Of a DNA stretch of 64,000 nucleotides, positions 13,273 through 25,904 are shown piece after piece. The number at the start of each line of letters is the position of its first letter. Position 1 is the stretch's first letter. The position numbers and the translations under genes were made by a program. The stretch comes from Laetmonice hystrix (lineage: Eukaryota), in assembly GCA_965235115.1 (NCBI GenBank), contig OZ249447.1, positions 10,168,001 through 10,232,000 of the forward strand, read 5' to 3'. The notes beneath the pieces are model-generated. The model worked only from the letters and a program-made list of their open reading frames with translations, ran no database searches and had not been told where the DNA came from.

Positions 13273-14954
13273 TGCCAGTTTATCCCTCTCTCCCCGGATT
13301 TCTCACCCACTAACATGCACAATCAATCCCCTAACTCCCCTTTCCGTGTCCCCATCCCGACTGGTAACCTACAGATGACTAACACGGCCGTGTCTGGCCC
13401 AAACGGCCCCACATCACTGAGACATCTATCTCTCTTGCAGGTGCACATCAGTTATATGGCCTTGTCTGTCCCTTTCTGTATGTTCTGTTCAGTTCGGGGT
13501 TTTTTTTGCGGAAAATCTCCATCCTATTGGTTTTAGAAGTTCTTTGCCGGCTCGACATCCCCTGTAATTTGTCCCACAAAAAAGAGCCTTGCAGGGGGCA
13601 AGGTCCGTGACAGATCAAAGCGAGTAAAGTACAATATTTATAGAGTGAATGTTGGAACCCGAAGGCAGTGCTGACGGACTGCTAACTGCTGGACTCAGTG
13701 TAGCCAGACTGACTGGACGAAATACGAACCCCACAGTTAGATCAGACATTCATCTCACAAACGGCTGGTAGAAGAATGCCAGCCCTGTAAGTGTGAATCT
13801 TCGTCAAGGACATGAGACGTAACAGTAATCATCTCGGGACGCGAGGGGGGGGGGCAGGGAGCCGAAAATGCAATTTGCGCACTCCCCTTCATATCTAGGC
13901 CTACTTCCTGATGCATAAAAAGATAATCTTCAAAATATAAGACTGACACTGGGAAGGAAAGGTGGACTGACAAACTTACACAGTTAATTGTAATACTTTC
14001 ACAATGAATACGGAACAATCCATTTTTTACAAACAATGCCTGGCAATTCTCTTACATACTCTGGACTTATCATGTCACGTCCAAATCCTTTCTCAAGCAG
14101 TGAAGTTGAACGATTGACGTCAACACTACAATGAAACCAAAGAGTGCAAAACTGAAAAAAAAACTTCCACCACACTAACACTCACACCAAGTAATCACAT
14201 CATAGACCAGTCCTGCATGGGCGGCAGCCGGCGGCCACATCCGGCCCCATGTGATCTGGTTATTGGCACCTCAGCCAGCAGGACATTTCAAACAAATGAA
14301 GACTAAAAACCTTTCGCTGTTGCCACTGATCGGTAGAGATGCCCCGCCGCGGCCTCCACCATAGCCTGTCGGTTCCGCTCCCAAAATGCCATATTCACGC
14401 TGACGGCAGCCAATCAGCGCTCTATATCAAACCGGTATGCGGGACTGACATTTATTTAGCTGCCGAATGAACAATTTACAACTGTCACACCTCGCTTCAA
14501 TAGCACGCGGTATGTGATCAATCCGGCCTGCTTGGCTTGACGTCCAGTTCAATCTGCCGTCTCTTTCATCCATGTAATATGTCCACTGACGCTTATTTCG
14601 ACCATGTGCAACTTTGTAACAATCAAAAGTATAGAGTCGTAGCATTCTCCACCCAGGAAAAAACTTATATAATCCCCTGCTACACCATCCCACAGGTGAT
14701 CCAAAATTAAAGTAAAGAAAACTATATTAATCAAAAGATGGAGCTTGATAAAATAAGATGAAGAGAGCAAAGCTTCCGGTAGCAGTGTGCTGGTAGAGAG
14801 TACACTATCCACGCCATTTTTAGGCAGTCATTTTGCTCAATCGTTGGGGGGATTTGGGAGGAAATCCATGTTGATGACCTCTTCATGGACCCGGTATAAA
14901 GGGACGGGAAAAAACTAACTAGTCCTTTCATCAATACTGTCATCAGTACGGAGA

Positions 14955-15010
14955 AAGAGGGCGAGAGAGAGAAAAAGAGAGAAGAGATAGAGACAGAAAG
15001 AGTGAGAGAG

Positions 15011-15042
<32 letters not shown>

Positions 15043-15064
15043 TGACTGACAGACAGACAGACAG
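14955..15064. repeat. (GA)n/(GACA)n compound microsatellite
   Basis: Direct reading. Confidence 0.9.
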
Positions 15065-15481
15065 CTCAAGTATTTTAAAGAACAAGAAAACTATTACAAG
15101 AACACATGGACAGCAAGAGGAACGACTGATGTGTTTATTCTGAAGACTCCCAGCAGAAGTTTAGATCGAAGACATCTGCGGAACACATGAGACAAGCCAC
15201 TGAAACAGGACCCTGAATGCCGACTGTGACACTAGGAGACTTGTCCACCGTTAAAATCATTGAAATGAATTATTGCCAGATTAATCTGACGCACATGAAA
15301 CTGCCTCATAATCAGGTTTCACTTTTATTCAATTAAAAAAAGTTTCTCCAATCTGGCCTACATAAAAAAACAACTTCGCGCTTTCTTTTTTAGTGAAAAA
15401 TTTCGTTTGTAAGTTTTAAATGTAACGAATCATGATTCGATAATGTTTTACCATGTCACTCAAATGATAACAGTCATGACA

Positions 15482-15615
15482 CCCCCCCCCCCCCCCCCAT
15501 AAAAAAAGAAAAAGCAGAAGCAGGAGCAGAAGCAGAAGAAGAAGAAGAAGAAGAAGAAGAAGAAGAAGAAGAAGAAGAAGAAGAAGAAGAAGAAGAAGAA
15601 GAAGAAGAAGAAGAA
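15482..15615. repeat. Poly-C run followed by (GAA)n trinucleotide microsatellite
   Basis: Direct reading. Confidence 0.92.
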
Positions 15616-18020
15616 TCTTTTATGTGATCACAGTCAGTCACTCTTACCAATTATAAGTATGGTGTTTACGTTGTGGGACAAATAAGGATGTCAAGAGAAG
15701 ATCAATCTACTCGTATTTTGTCAAAACATTGCCATGAGACCGTATGAGGTTTTCAAGACTCACAGTTTTTTAAAGATTAGATCTATGCGTGTTTGATATT
15801 TGCCAGATTGACATGTTGTGAGAGTCAGACGCCCTAGTGACTGGTGCTGCCTCTGGCGGTGAGGTATGAGCCCTGGCGCCGTCACACGGACGTTTACGTC
15901 AGCTGGGTTACATCAGGTAACATGACGCACCTAGTCATGTGGGCCAGACTGAGGATCGAGCTGGCTTCTCCCATCATCATGGGGCGTCTACTCCTTCCCT
16001 TTCACTCACTCACAGCCTGCTAGTGCTATCACTGTACATAAATGCGAAAGGAAAAGTCATAAAGAGCACGCCTCATTGAAAGCATAAAATCACTATAAAT
16101 TTGAATTAAGATAAATTTATTTCAAAACAGTAAAAGACAGTCTGCCACTGATAATAAACTCCTTCCAACTGGTTTTGATTCCTAAGTATAGTTACAATGT
16201 GGTGAAAAATTACCTTAAAAAAGGCTTCTTTTTATATGTTTTTCCTAGCAGAATCTGAAGTGGTAAATGTTATGAACAACACTAACTGTGGTCCCTCAGT
16301 CAACATCTGGATGTCATATGTATCTATGATGTTGTAGTTAAGAAATAAAATATTGAATACTAGCCCCCGAACGACTCATCCCCATTACTAACCTTAGAAT
16401 CTCTGGTTTATAGTCAATAAAAAACTAAACCAAATAAACATGTGTGAACAAAATCCATTTCTGGTGCAAGCACAACATTGTTAACATCTGCATGGCGACA
16501 CAAAAAGTCCATGTTTCGCGCGCACCCTTACATCGTGCGCCATGTGGTCCACATCCACCGACACCCCCAAACTCACACCTCCGTCAATATTTACCTCCAT
16601 GTGGCATATACCAGAATCTCACTCCTTGCCCTGTTGCCTCCCCAGTACAGACATGTACCCCACATAACACACGTGTTGATAATGCCTACTTTCAAACAAC
16701 GGGCCACCAATGTCGCCAGATAATTCTAATCTGGCCACCACCATCAAAAAGCTCAACAATATGGCTCTAAAAGAAAGAATTATATTTTCCATTAAAAAAA
16801 CTACATTTTACTGAAATGAAGCGTGAATACTGCTTCCCAGTGGTCTTATTTCTATGTGCTTATTAATCTGTTTTAATTTGGGTGGATTCGGTTCTGATTA
16901 AATAAGGACCGAGATCAGAAAGATTACAAGGAAATGTTGAAAAAATAATTGTTTAATTTGTCACATGGGAGTCGCCGGTGGGCACAAGGTACGGAGGGAC
17001 ATCTCAAGTCAAAGAGACCCGTTTCTTTTCTCAATCAATCTCTTTAACATCATTTCTGATCGGAGATCATTTTCCTGACGTAGAATCAAAAAAATACGTT
17101 AGTGCCCCATTTCACCTCTTGCCTTTGTACTACCCGTCATTTTTGTGTTTTTCAGATTTCCACCAGGGTATGTTATCAGTGTTGAGTCTAGTTATTGATA
17201 TACTTTATCACCACAAATTCTTTTTACCGTGCTATACCGTATATATTCACGTCCAAATGTGGGGCGTATTATAATTGCCCAATACTGCTCCACATGGCGT
17301 TTTGTGATTCCAAAATCATCAGTTTAAGATGTGTAATATTTAAATAGCCTTTCTTAAGTAACATTCATCATATTGATACAGACTGTTTAATGTATAATTA
17401 CGCATTTCCATAGTTTTCAACAGTTGTTGTGTCCCTGTAGACCTATAGGCCTACCGAGAGATTCCAAACAAGGGGACTACTTTTGGTGTTAGATCTATAT
17501 ATACGGCACGATTCACTGGAAACGCACTATTTTTTAAAATTCTGACCTCAATTTACGACATTCTTCCTCGGCAATTAGTTCCTTGCGGCTGTCCGGGTAT
17601 GTGTAGGGGAGGCGGAGTGCAGCTGCCGTTTGACGTCAGATGACGGCCCTATTATCGCCCAGCCCACGTCAAACCTTGAGTTTGGAGTTGGTGGACACAG
17701 ATGGTCGATGGTTACATTGGCCCCAGGCTGCCGACCGGCCTGGCAGGTGGGCGACTAGGCTGCCAGCCGTTCTCCAGGTCTGCAAGCCTGTTTACCTGCT
17801 GCTCCAGGGGCTCACCTGACCAATCAGTATATATGATTGGTCATACCTTTGGTCACCCTCGGGCGTCATCCGCGTAGGCTACGTAACTGAGGCACGTGCA
17901 GATTTCTGGCAGGGCATCAGGCTGGGTACATCCCTATAGATAGTAAAATTAGGATGAGGGCTTGGGGCTAGGGGCAGGGCTAATAGGGCATGTTCCGGGG
18001 AGGTCGGGGCCCGGGATCAG

Positions 18021-18203
18021 ATGTGGATCTTTAGTTCCATTCTCCAGAAACATGCGGATCTTTAGTTCCATCCTCCAGAAACATGTGGATCTTTAGTTCC
18101 ATCCTCCAGAAACATGTGGATCTTTAGCTCCATCCTCCAGAAACATGTGGATCTTTAGTTCCATCCTCCAGAAACATGTGGATCTTTAGTTCCATCTTCC
18201 AGA
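18021..18203. repeat. 31-bp minisatellite, ~6 copies
   Basis: GATCTTTAGTTCCATCCTCCAGAAACATGTG repeated. Confidence 0.95.
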
Positions 18204-19174
18204 ATATCGTTAAAATATTTGCATGGAAACGCCCTCCCCGCCCATGATGGGCTGCAATGTCAATATCGGGTATAATTGTGTTCGGTATTTAAAGAACTCG
18301 TGCCGTATTTGTAGTTGGGAGAATGCTCCCGATCGAAGTCATCATCAGAGCTGGGGTTGCGGATGAGGCAGAACCTGAAGTCAGGGTGTTTAGCTGCCCC
18401 CGGGCGGGCTTCCCTCGACACTGGCAGGCGCCTGGCGTTCATCCACCCCCTCCCACCCCAACCCCCCAGGGGGCACAATCTGCTAATAGGGTAATGATCC
18501 CCACCCCGGGGCCTTGGCTCAATCCCAGCTTGGCGCTCCTATTGCACCATTCAGACCCACACGCGCTCCAATGCCAGGAGCTCCAATAACAACATCTTGC
18601 CTCACGCCACCCTAATTACATCCAAGGGAAGTTAACATTTTCAAGGAGGGACTAAAGACCTTGTGAAGACTAACTGGTTAAATCTCGGGTTTCTGTTGAT
18701 AAATTACGAACTTTTGGTGACAGCTAGTAACTGGGCAGTGGCTGTGTGCGGCCACCTGCAGGAGACTTGTCACCAATTAGGACACAGCCAGTACTAGGGC
18801 AGACCAGGGATTACCTCTAACAAGCTCAGGAGCTCTCTAAGGTCATCAAGGTCACAGCAGTGACATCAGAGTCCGCCATGATACATGAGGATACCTCTGA
18901 TGCCCCATTTGACGGAATCCCTTCTATAATGACCTCGGCTATCAATTTACTTGGCCTTCAATATCTCCCCCGCCCCCAACTCCGCGTTTGCCACCTGCAA
19001 GTTTATTTTCAGAAACGTTCAAATTGTGTGGTGGTGTCGCTTGGGATCGCGCAGTGAAATAGGGAGACCAGACGGAATAGCTCTGAATCTTTGACGGTTA
19101 TCATTTCAATACGTTTCAATACGGGAGAAGATTACTTTGCTTTCTTCCTTAAGTATTGAGTATATCCTTGAATA

Positions 19175-19392
19175 NNNNNNNNNNNNNNNNNNNNNNNNNN
19201 NNNNNNNNNNNNNNNNNNNNNNNNNNNNNNNNNNNNNNNNNNNNNNNNNNNNNNNNNNNNNNNNNNNNNNNNNNNNNNNNNNNNNNNNNNNNNNNNNNNN
19301 NNNNNNNNNNNNNNNNNNNNNNNNNNNNNNNNNNNNNNNNNNNNNNNNNNNNNNNNNNNNNNNNNNNNNNNNNNNNNNNNNNNNNNNNNNNN
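19175..19392. other. Assembly gap (218 N)
   Basis: Run of N. Confidence 1.
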
Positions 19393-20423
19393 CCAGTCCA
19401 ATCTGATGTGACTGGGACTGTAAATGATGAGATAAATTTCCAGGAACCAGTTCATGAACTCCTCCAACTCTCCCCGGGTCTGGAGTCCCATATAACAGTT
19501 CGTCGTGCATCCAGTCACCCCCACCTCCCCCCCCCCCCCCCACACACACATCAAACGGCCGTAACTTGTGGGAGGCAATTCCAGTGTGTCACCTCGCGAT
19601 ATTTTACGACTTATTGTGATGGTGGTAGTCTCAGTCCGCGGTAAAAACGTTGGTTCATCTGGTCCCTGACCACATTAACCTATTATCCGTGAGAACGATT
19701 TCTTTCCTATCGATCAACACTTACTGGCCCGATTTACTTGGGACAAAAAGGATGTCTATAGCACCGCCACATGCAGAAACGGCTCGCCCCAACCAGTATA
19801 ACAAAATGTTGTAGATAATAGGCCACCTTTTGGTTATAAAAGACAATGTCAAGTACGTGTTACTTGACAAATTACTACAATCCCTCCCGTGTCAATACAG
19901 GGGAAAATGTTGATTCTTTGTTTATAATGTTATGCTGCGCCGCCGCTTAACTTAATACTAGAATAAAGCCTAGAATTAGTCAAAGATACTAGATAGGTCC
20001 GCTTTCCACTCCTTGTCCTCTCCGTGGCAATCCGTCTGTGCCGGTGAAAACCTACCATTCACGTATGCGACGCATTGCGCTTGCCACACGCAGATCGCCC
20101 CCACTTTTTTTATGCAGTTCAATTGAAGTTGACAGATTTAGGTGAAACCTACATGGAGGCGTCGCCCTCTATAGAAATCTCTCTCTATAGAAAGTGATCG
20201 CGTGAAGCGAAAGACCGTCATCTTCCGGCACCTGTGACCATACGGCGAGATCGCGGAAACCGCAAGCCGCATCGCAGGAAAATCGCATCGCGGATACCTG
20301 CATTTACGCGATGCGTCTAGAATGTAGAAACTATCCATCTCATCCTATACCTGCCACAAAGCTGGCCTGTACAGGGAGACCAGTGTTTCTCCCGGTCTAA
20401 CTCATATATATAATTTGGCCCCA

Positions 20424-20491
20424 CCAATCAGCGTTGGTTGACTTCCGGTCCGAGCGCAGACAGGCTAGTAATTTGGACCGCCGCCATCATT
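20424..20491. promoter_or_regulatory. Promoter-like motif cluster (CCAAT, ETS, YY1-like)
   Basis: CCAATCA at 20424, ACTTCCGGT at 20441 and CCGCCATCATT at 20481, within 70 bp. No associated exon was recognised. Confidence 0.3.
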
Positions 20492-20765
20492 GTAGACTTC
20501 ACACCATTTTTTGGCTTGCTACCCGATACCTTGACAGGAAGCCTTATACAACTGGCAGCAACTGAATATGGAAGCCTTTTGACAATCACGACAAATTATA
20601 CCTCCGCTGTGGATGTTTTAGGCGTAACTTGGGCCGAGTCAATCCCGCTACAGAGAGTTATCAAAGTCACGTAGACAATATCTAGTTCCAACGCTTATAT
20701 CGGTTACAGAACTTGTTTTCTTCAGGTGCAACCGCAGAGGCGCTTTGCGTGGTTTGTTTCAATAT

Positions 20766-20923
20766 CAGTGGGGGATCCAGGATTTTAATAAATGGGCACC
20801 TAAATTTTTTCTAGTCTGATTGTGACTACGTATACTAATGCATCCTCACCAAAAACAAAAACAAAAAAACGAAGGAAAATCTAAGGGGGGCCGGGCCCCC
20901 CTGGGCCCCCTGATCCCCCACTG
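20766..20923. mobile_element. Short MITE with 12-bp TIR
   Basis: CAGTGGGGGATC at 20766 and GATCCCCCACTG ending at 20923, with a G/C-rich subterminal stretch. No TSD recognised. Confidence 0.65.
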
Positions 20924-22204
20924 ACATGTGATGCTCACGAAAAGACACCTAAATCTAATTGTGGTAACAACATAAATTGGTGATTTTTTCCCGTAAATTT
21001 CATATTCCAAATGCAGCACAACTATATGGTCACACCATAGATGGTACATCAACGTTACAGTAACTGACAGAATTGAACCGGTTTCTTCGTGATATCCCCT
21101 AAAATTACATGTACAGTCTGCAAACAACATTCCCTCTAAAATCCTCCCAAAGTGTCACAGCACCCCCCCCCCCCCCCGGGAAAATCCACATTTTTCTTAA
21201 TTAGATCCTTACTTTATTACGTTGACATTATAATGAGTATATACGCCTACGCCTGTAGTAGCCAAGCTTTGTACGGGCTCTCGAAAACTTTGAGTTTCGT
21301 ACGTAAATCAGATTTTATCTAGCCGGCTGTTCATTGCCTAGTAAGGACAGGCACCCAAGCTATACCAGTTGTGAAGGGAGAGCCCCCCCCCCCCCCCGTT
21401 ACACGCCAATCCTTGCGGTTAGTCACTGTCGCTCGGTTGGATCCAATGAAGCCGACCTGGCCACCTGAAACCCTTACAACTCGGCACTGTCTACACCAAT
21501 CACAGTCGAGCCATGCGCCGTGTATGGTGGAGAACCGCGGATTGTCACTTGGTGCTCGTTACGGGCGTAGTCAGAGCAGCTAGGGTTATATCACAAGGCA
21601 CATCGTTTTGGAGACCAACTATCAGGAAATTGGTTAGAGTCATTTTTTCTCTTTTCTCTCTCCCTTCTTTTTCTCATCTTTTCTTCTCAGTGGGCTCCTA
21701 AAGCTACAATTTAATGGAGTGACACTTTTGGGATAAGAGGCTATGAGTTGCCTTCAGAGGGTTGTGGCCCTAACAGGGATAGATAGCGAGGCATCGCAGA
21801 TTGTATGCCAGCGTTTCAAATGGGGACGTCACGACGTCGTGTCTGGGGTACAGCTCTTCTTCCTGCGCCTCCTCCTGCTCCTGCTCCTGCTCCTTCGAAA
21901 TGACGCCATGCACTTAGCTGTAAATTCTGTTCAATTCTAAAGGACTCATTGTGACGTCATTGGCGCCGCTTTTAAAGGTGAGGCAGCCATCCGACATGTT
22001 GAATTTTGGTAACTCGTATATTTCTTACCAAATGAGTTCGTTTGTGAAAACAGGGGAAAAGCATTAAAGTAACAGAATGTATGTCTAGGTCGAATGTACT
22101 TTAAATATTACCAAAACCACCACCCCTCCACCTAAACCCATGTCAAGTTAATCCATGCCACATAACTTTCCACGACCTGAAGTAAAGATCTCCCCTTCAA
22201 TAGA

Positions 22205-22752
22205 GCTTACCACTGGACCATTCTTACCCCTGCCCGTGCCGTACAAGACCGATGTCAGGATCCCAGCTTACCACTGGACCATTCTTACCCCTCCCCGTGC
22301 CGTACAAGACCGATGTCAGGATCCCAGCTTACCACTGGACCATTCTTACCCCTCCCCGTGCCGTACAAGACCGATGTCAGGATCCCAGCTTACCACTGGA
22401 CCATTCTTACCCCTCCCCGTGCCGTACAAGACCGATGTCAGGATCCCAGCTTACCACTGGACCATTCTTACCCCTCCCCGTGCCGTACAAGACCGATGTC
22501 AGGATCCCAGCTTACCACTGGACCATTCTTACCCCTGCCCGTGCCGTACAAGACCGATGTCAGGATCCCAGCTTACCACTGGACCATTCTTACCCCTCCC
22601 CGTGCCGTACAAGACCGATGTCAGGATCCCAGCTTACCACTGGACCATTCTTACCCCTGCCCGTGCCGTACAAGACCGATGTCAGGATCCCAGCTTACCA
22701 CTGGACCATTCTTACCCCTCCCCGTACCGTACAAGACCGATGTCAGGATCCC
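22205..22752. repeat. 61-bp minisatellite, 9 copies
   Basis: AGCTTACCACTGGACCATTCTTACCCCTCCCCGTGCCGTACAAGACCGATGTCAGGATCCC repeated. It has no + strand stops and so produces three overlapping repetitive ORFs. Confidence 0.96.
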
Positions 22753-23404
22753 AATTAAAGACCACCGGACAACGGAAGAGTCGGGTTGGGCCATCAGATC
22801 CACGGATGAACCACGTGACTACAGGGTGCCTCCTAGTGTCAGTGGTCGACACGAAACAGGCCGTCCGCCGCGTGCTTTCATCGTGGGAAGAAAGTAGCTG
22901 TAATTAGTGATGGAACCAGGACAGGTACACTGATTACCACTCCAAAACCCCTTCGGTAGGCACCCCCATCTCTCCACCCCGTTCCCGAATGTCAGCGTTT
23001 GTTTGAGGAGAGAGGTGGGGGCAATTACATTGAATAAACTACCCCACGATCAACCCCCATCCCTTGACTGCTAACAGGTTAATGGCCCGACTACAAGGGG
23101 TAAAGAACACACCCTGAATACGTAGTGACGTATGGGGCAGGTATACCATTGGATACCACTGTACTTAAGGGGTAATTAGGGAAATAGAGAATCTGCCTTT
23201 CTTTATCAGTGAAGTGGATTTTCTTGTATCCCCAGCGGGCAAAGTCTGCTCCGAAGATTCATCACCTAAAACTATGGGCTGTTTAATGGTCACTATACAA
23301 GCCATCTATTGAAGGCGCCCATACTGAAAGACAGCGGAAGGATGGACTAGAGGCTAACTCCGCAGTAACTGTGTCAGCCTCCTCTCACAGGCCGCCAGGG
23401 GAGT

Positions 23405-23564
23405 ACTTCCGGTTCACGCTGACCACGTGCCGTCAGACGTATTAAGATGACGTCACTACCGCCGCGTTCAATCATGCTGGCATCTGGTCACATGTTGAGT
23501 TTGAAACGCGCTCGAGCGAGTCATCAAGCTCACCCTGTATGATCCTTGGAGTGTAAAGATGGCG
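23405..23564. promoter_or_regulatory. Housekeeping-promoter-like motif cluster
   Basis: ETS ACTTCCGGT at 23405, E-box CACGTG at 23424, CRE TGACGTCA at 23448 and YY1-like AAGATGGCG at 23556, in CpG-rich context. Confidence 0.35.
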
Positions 23565-24994
23565 TTTGGAACAGTAATTAGATCTTCACTCTGGGTTTCT
23601 CCTGAGAACGTATGGTTTAAAGATACATGTATAACTGAATATTACCATCTGTTCTGCAACCGTCTGTCTGAGCACATGTTAGGTGTTGGAGGTCAGGCGA
23701 GGAAGATGGTCAACATGTCCTTACGATTAACATGTGAATGCTTTCGTAAAATCATATGTAGCCCCGTCAAGGAAAACATAAATTGCGTTCACTTCGGAAG
23801 ATGTGTGAAAGGGAGAAGGTTCATTGCCCTGCTTAACCACCAAAGCCTGTTTTTTAAAGAGGCGAGTGTGGCGTGGGGGTTTGAGGCAGTCATCTTAGGA
23901 CCGGTGTTCTATTCCATCGAGATGTTAAAAAAATCGACTTCGGAACATTTATCCAGTTAACTGGGTTTATCCTGATGCCCGTGCATATAGTGCAGATTGC
24001 GTTTATACATCGACCCTTAATAAAAACAGGCATGTAGATAACAAGACCTGCTGCTAATTTATTTTTGAATGTCCGATGAAGCAAACATATTGTACCAAGA
24101 TGCATGGGGGGGGGGGGCGGAAAAAAGTCGTCAGTGAAGGTCTCTAACTGTGACGTTACGACAAGCGTGGCCGTCGGCTGTGACCGAATCGAGAGGTGTT
24201 GGCACTCGCTGTTACCGTGTGGGATTTTTTCTTCTCTTTTTTTTTCGCCCCCCCCCCCTCATCACTCTCGGCATTATATTACCGCGGCTTCCCCGCAGGC
24301 CAAATCACCCCTACATAAACCTCTTGTTTATACAACTCTTTAATTTGTGTGTGTAGCCATTCCTTCCATCTGTTGCTATGGCAACACATCAGGCTAGACA
24401 CAGGTGACCCATTTGCGGGATGCAGCCAGAAACATAGAACAATTACATTTCAGGATGTGACAGTTTGGCAGAGGTTCTTCCGAGAGAGGGAGAGTTCAGC
24501 TTGCTAACTTTTACTACAAGGATCTAAGTTGTCCTGAATACAGACAGCCTCACTACAAACAAGGTTTTGAGCTTTTCTTTCTATCATGGATTTTGACTGA
24601 TCAATATATCAAATGCTACGATGTTACCTGAAAGCTCTGGTGGCGCTCCCCAGCCCGCCACAGCCACAACCCCCTGCCATCCATTCCAGTCACTCCCACG
24701 AGACCAATGGGGAAACCAACTCGAAACTCCTTATCCGTGAAATACCAACCCTTGCCTGGTATCAACGTTTCAGCGTTCCGGTAATCTTTCACCTGTCTAT
24801 GCGGATCGCGTGTCTGCACACCTGACCATCTGTTGAGAGGGTTTAGAGGTGTACGACCCGTGGGACCCAGGATTAGGGCAACAGGCGCCGTCAGACGGGT
24901 CCCGTCGTTACCACGCCAACGGTTCAGTGATCATACGGACAGCAACAGGTGATGCAGATCTGTGGGTATAGCAGCTCTGGCAATGGAATGATCG

Positions 24995-25775
24995 GGTGCG
25001 GGGGCGGCCAGCCCAGCTCTGAGAGTGGGCTGAGAGTGGGTGCGGGGGCGGCCAGCCCAGCTCTGAGAGTGGGCTGAGAGTGGGTGCGGGGGGGGGGCAG
25101 CCCAGCTCTGAGAGTGGGCTGAGAGTGGGTGCGGGGGGGGGGCGGCCAGCCCAGCTCTGACAGTGGGCTGAGAGTGGGTGCGGGGGGGGGGGGGGAGCCC
25201 AGCTCTGAGAGTGGGCTGAGAGTGGGTGCGGGGGCGGCCAGCCCAGCTCTGGGAGTGGGCTGAGAGTGGGTGCGGGGGGGCAGCCCAGCTCTGAGAGTGG
25301 GCTGAGAGTGGGGCGGGGGCGGCCAGCCCAGCTCTGAGAGTGGACTGAGAGTGGGTGCGGGGGGGGGGGGGCAGCCCAGCTCTGAGAGTGGGCTGAGAGT
25401 GGGTGCGGGGGGGGGGGAGCCCAGCTCTGGGAGTGGGCTGAGAGTGGGTGCGGGGGGGGGGGAGCCCAGCTCTGGGAGTGGGCTGAGAGTGGGTGCGGGG
25501 GGGGGGGCAGCCCAGCTCTGAGAGTGGACTGAGAGTGGGTGCGGGGGGGGGGGGGCAGCCCAGCTCTGGGAGTGGGCTGAGAGTGGGTGCGGGGGGGGGG
25601 GACAGCCCAGCTCTGAGAGTGGACTGAGAGTGGGTGCGGGGGGGGGGGCAGCCCAGCTCTGGGAGTGGGCTGAGAGTGGGTGCGGGGGGGGGGGGGCAGC
25701 CCAGCTATGGGAGTGGGCTGAGAGTGGGTGCGGGGGCGGCCAGCCCAGCTCTGGGAGTGGGCTTGGGTGCGGGGA
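24995..25775. repeat. G-rich ~40-45-bp minisatellite with variable poly-G tract
   Basis: CAGCCCAGCTCTG(A/G)GAGTGG(G/A)CTGAGAGTGGGTGCG(G)n, about 19 copies. Confidence 0.95.
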
Positions 25776-25802
25776 GGGGGCCAGCCAGGGCCGATTTATA
25801 AC

Positions 25803-25904
25803 ATGGAAGACAGCATGGAAGATGACATGGAGGATAAAGATAACATGGAAGATAAAGATAATATGGAAGATAAAGATATAGCTAATATGGAAGATAAAGA
25901 TTGA
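25803..25904 (+). CDS. Possible short acidic repeat ORF or terminal exon (MEDSMEDDMEDKDNMEDKDNMEDKDIANMEDKD*)
   Basis: Repeat units are 12-24 nt (all multiples of 3), and several substitutions are synonymous. It is very short and may be non-coding. Confidence 0.2.
   Translation: MEDSMEDDMEDKDNMEDKDNMEDKDIANMEDKD

Noticed and set aside
21800-21915. Minus-strand Glu-rich or Arg-rich (protamine-like) reading from a CTCCTG repeat
   Set aside because: It is a low-complexity hexamer repeat with stops nearby in all frames.
22155-22907. Three overlapping 168-250-aa ORFs
   Set aside because: All come from a 61-bp repeat with no + strand stops; every frame cycles through the same peptide.
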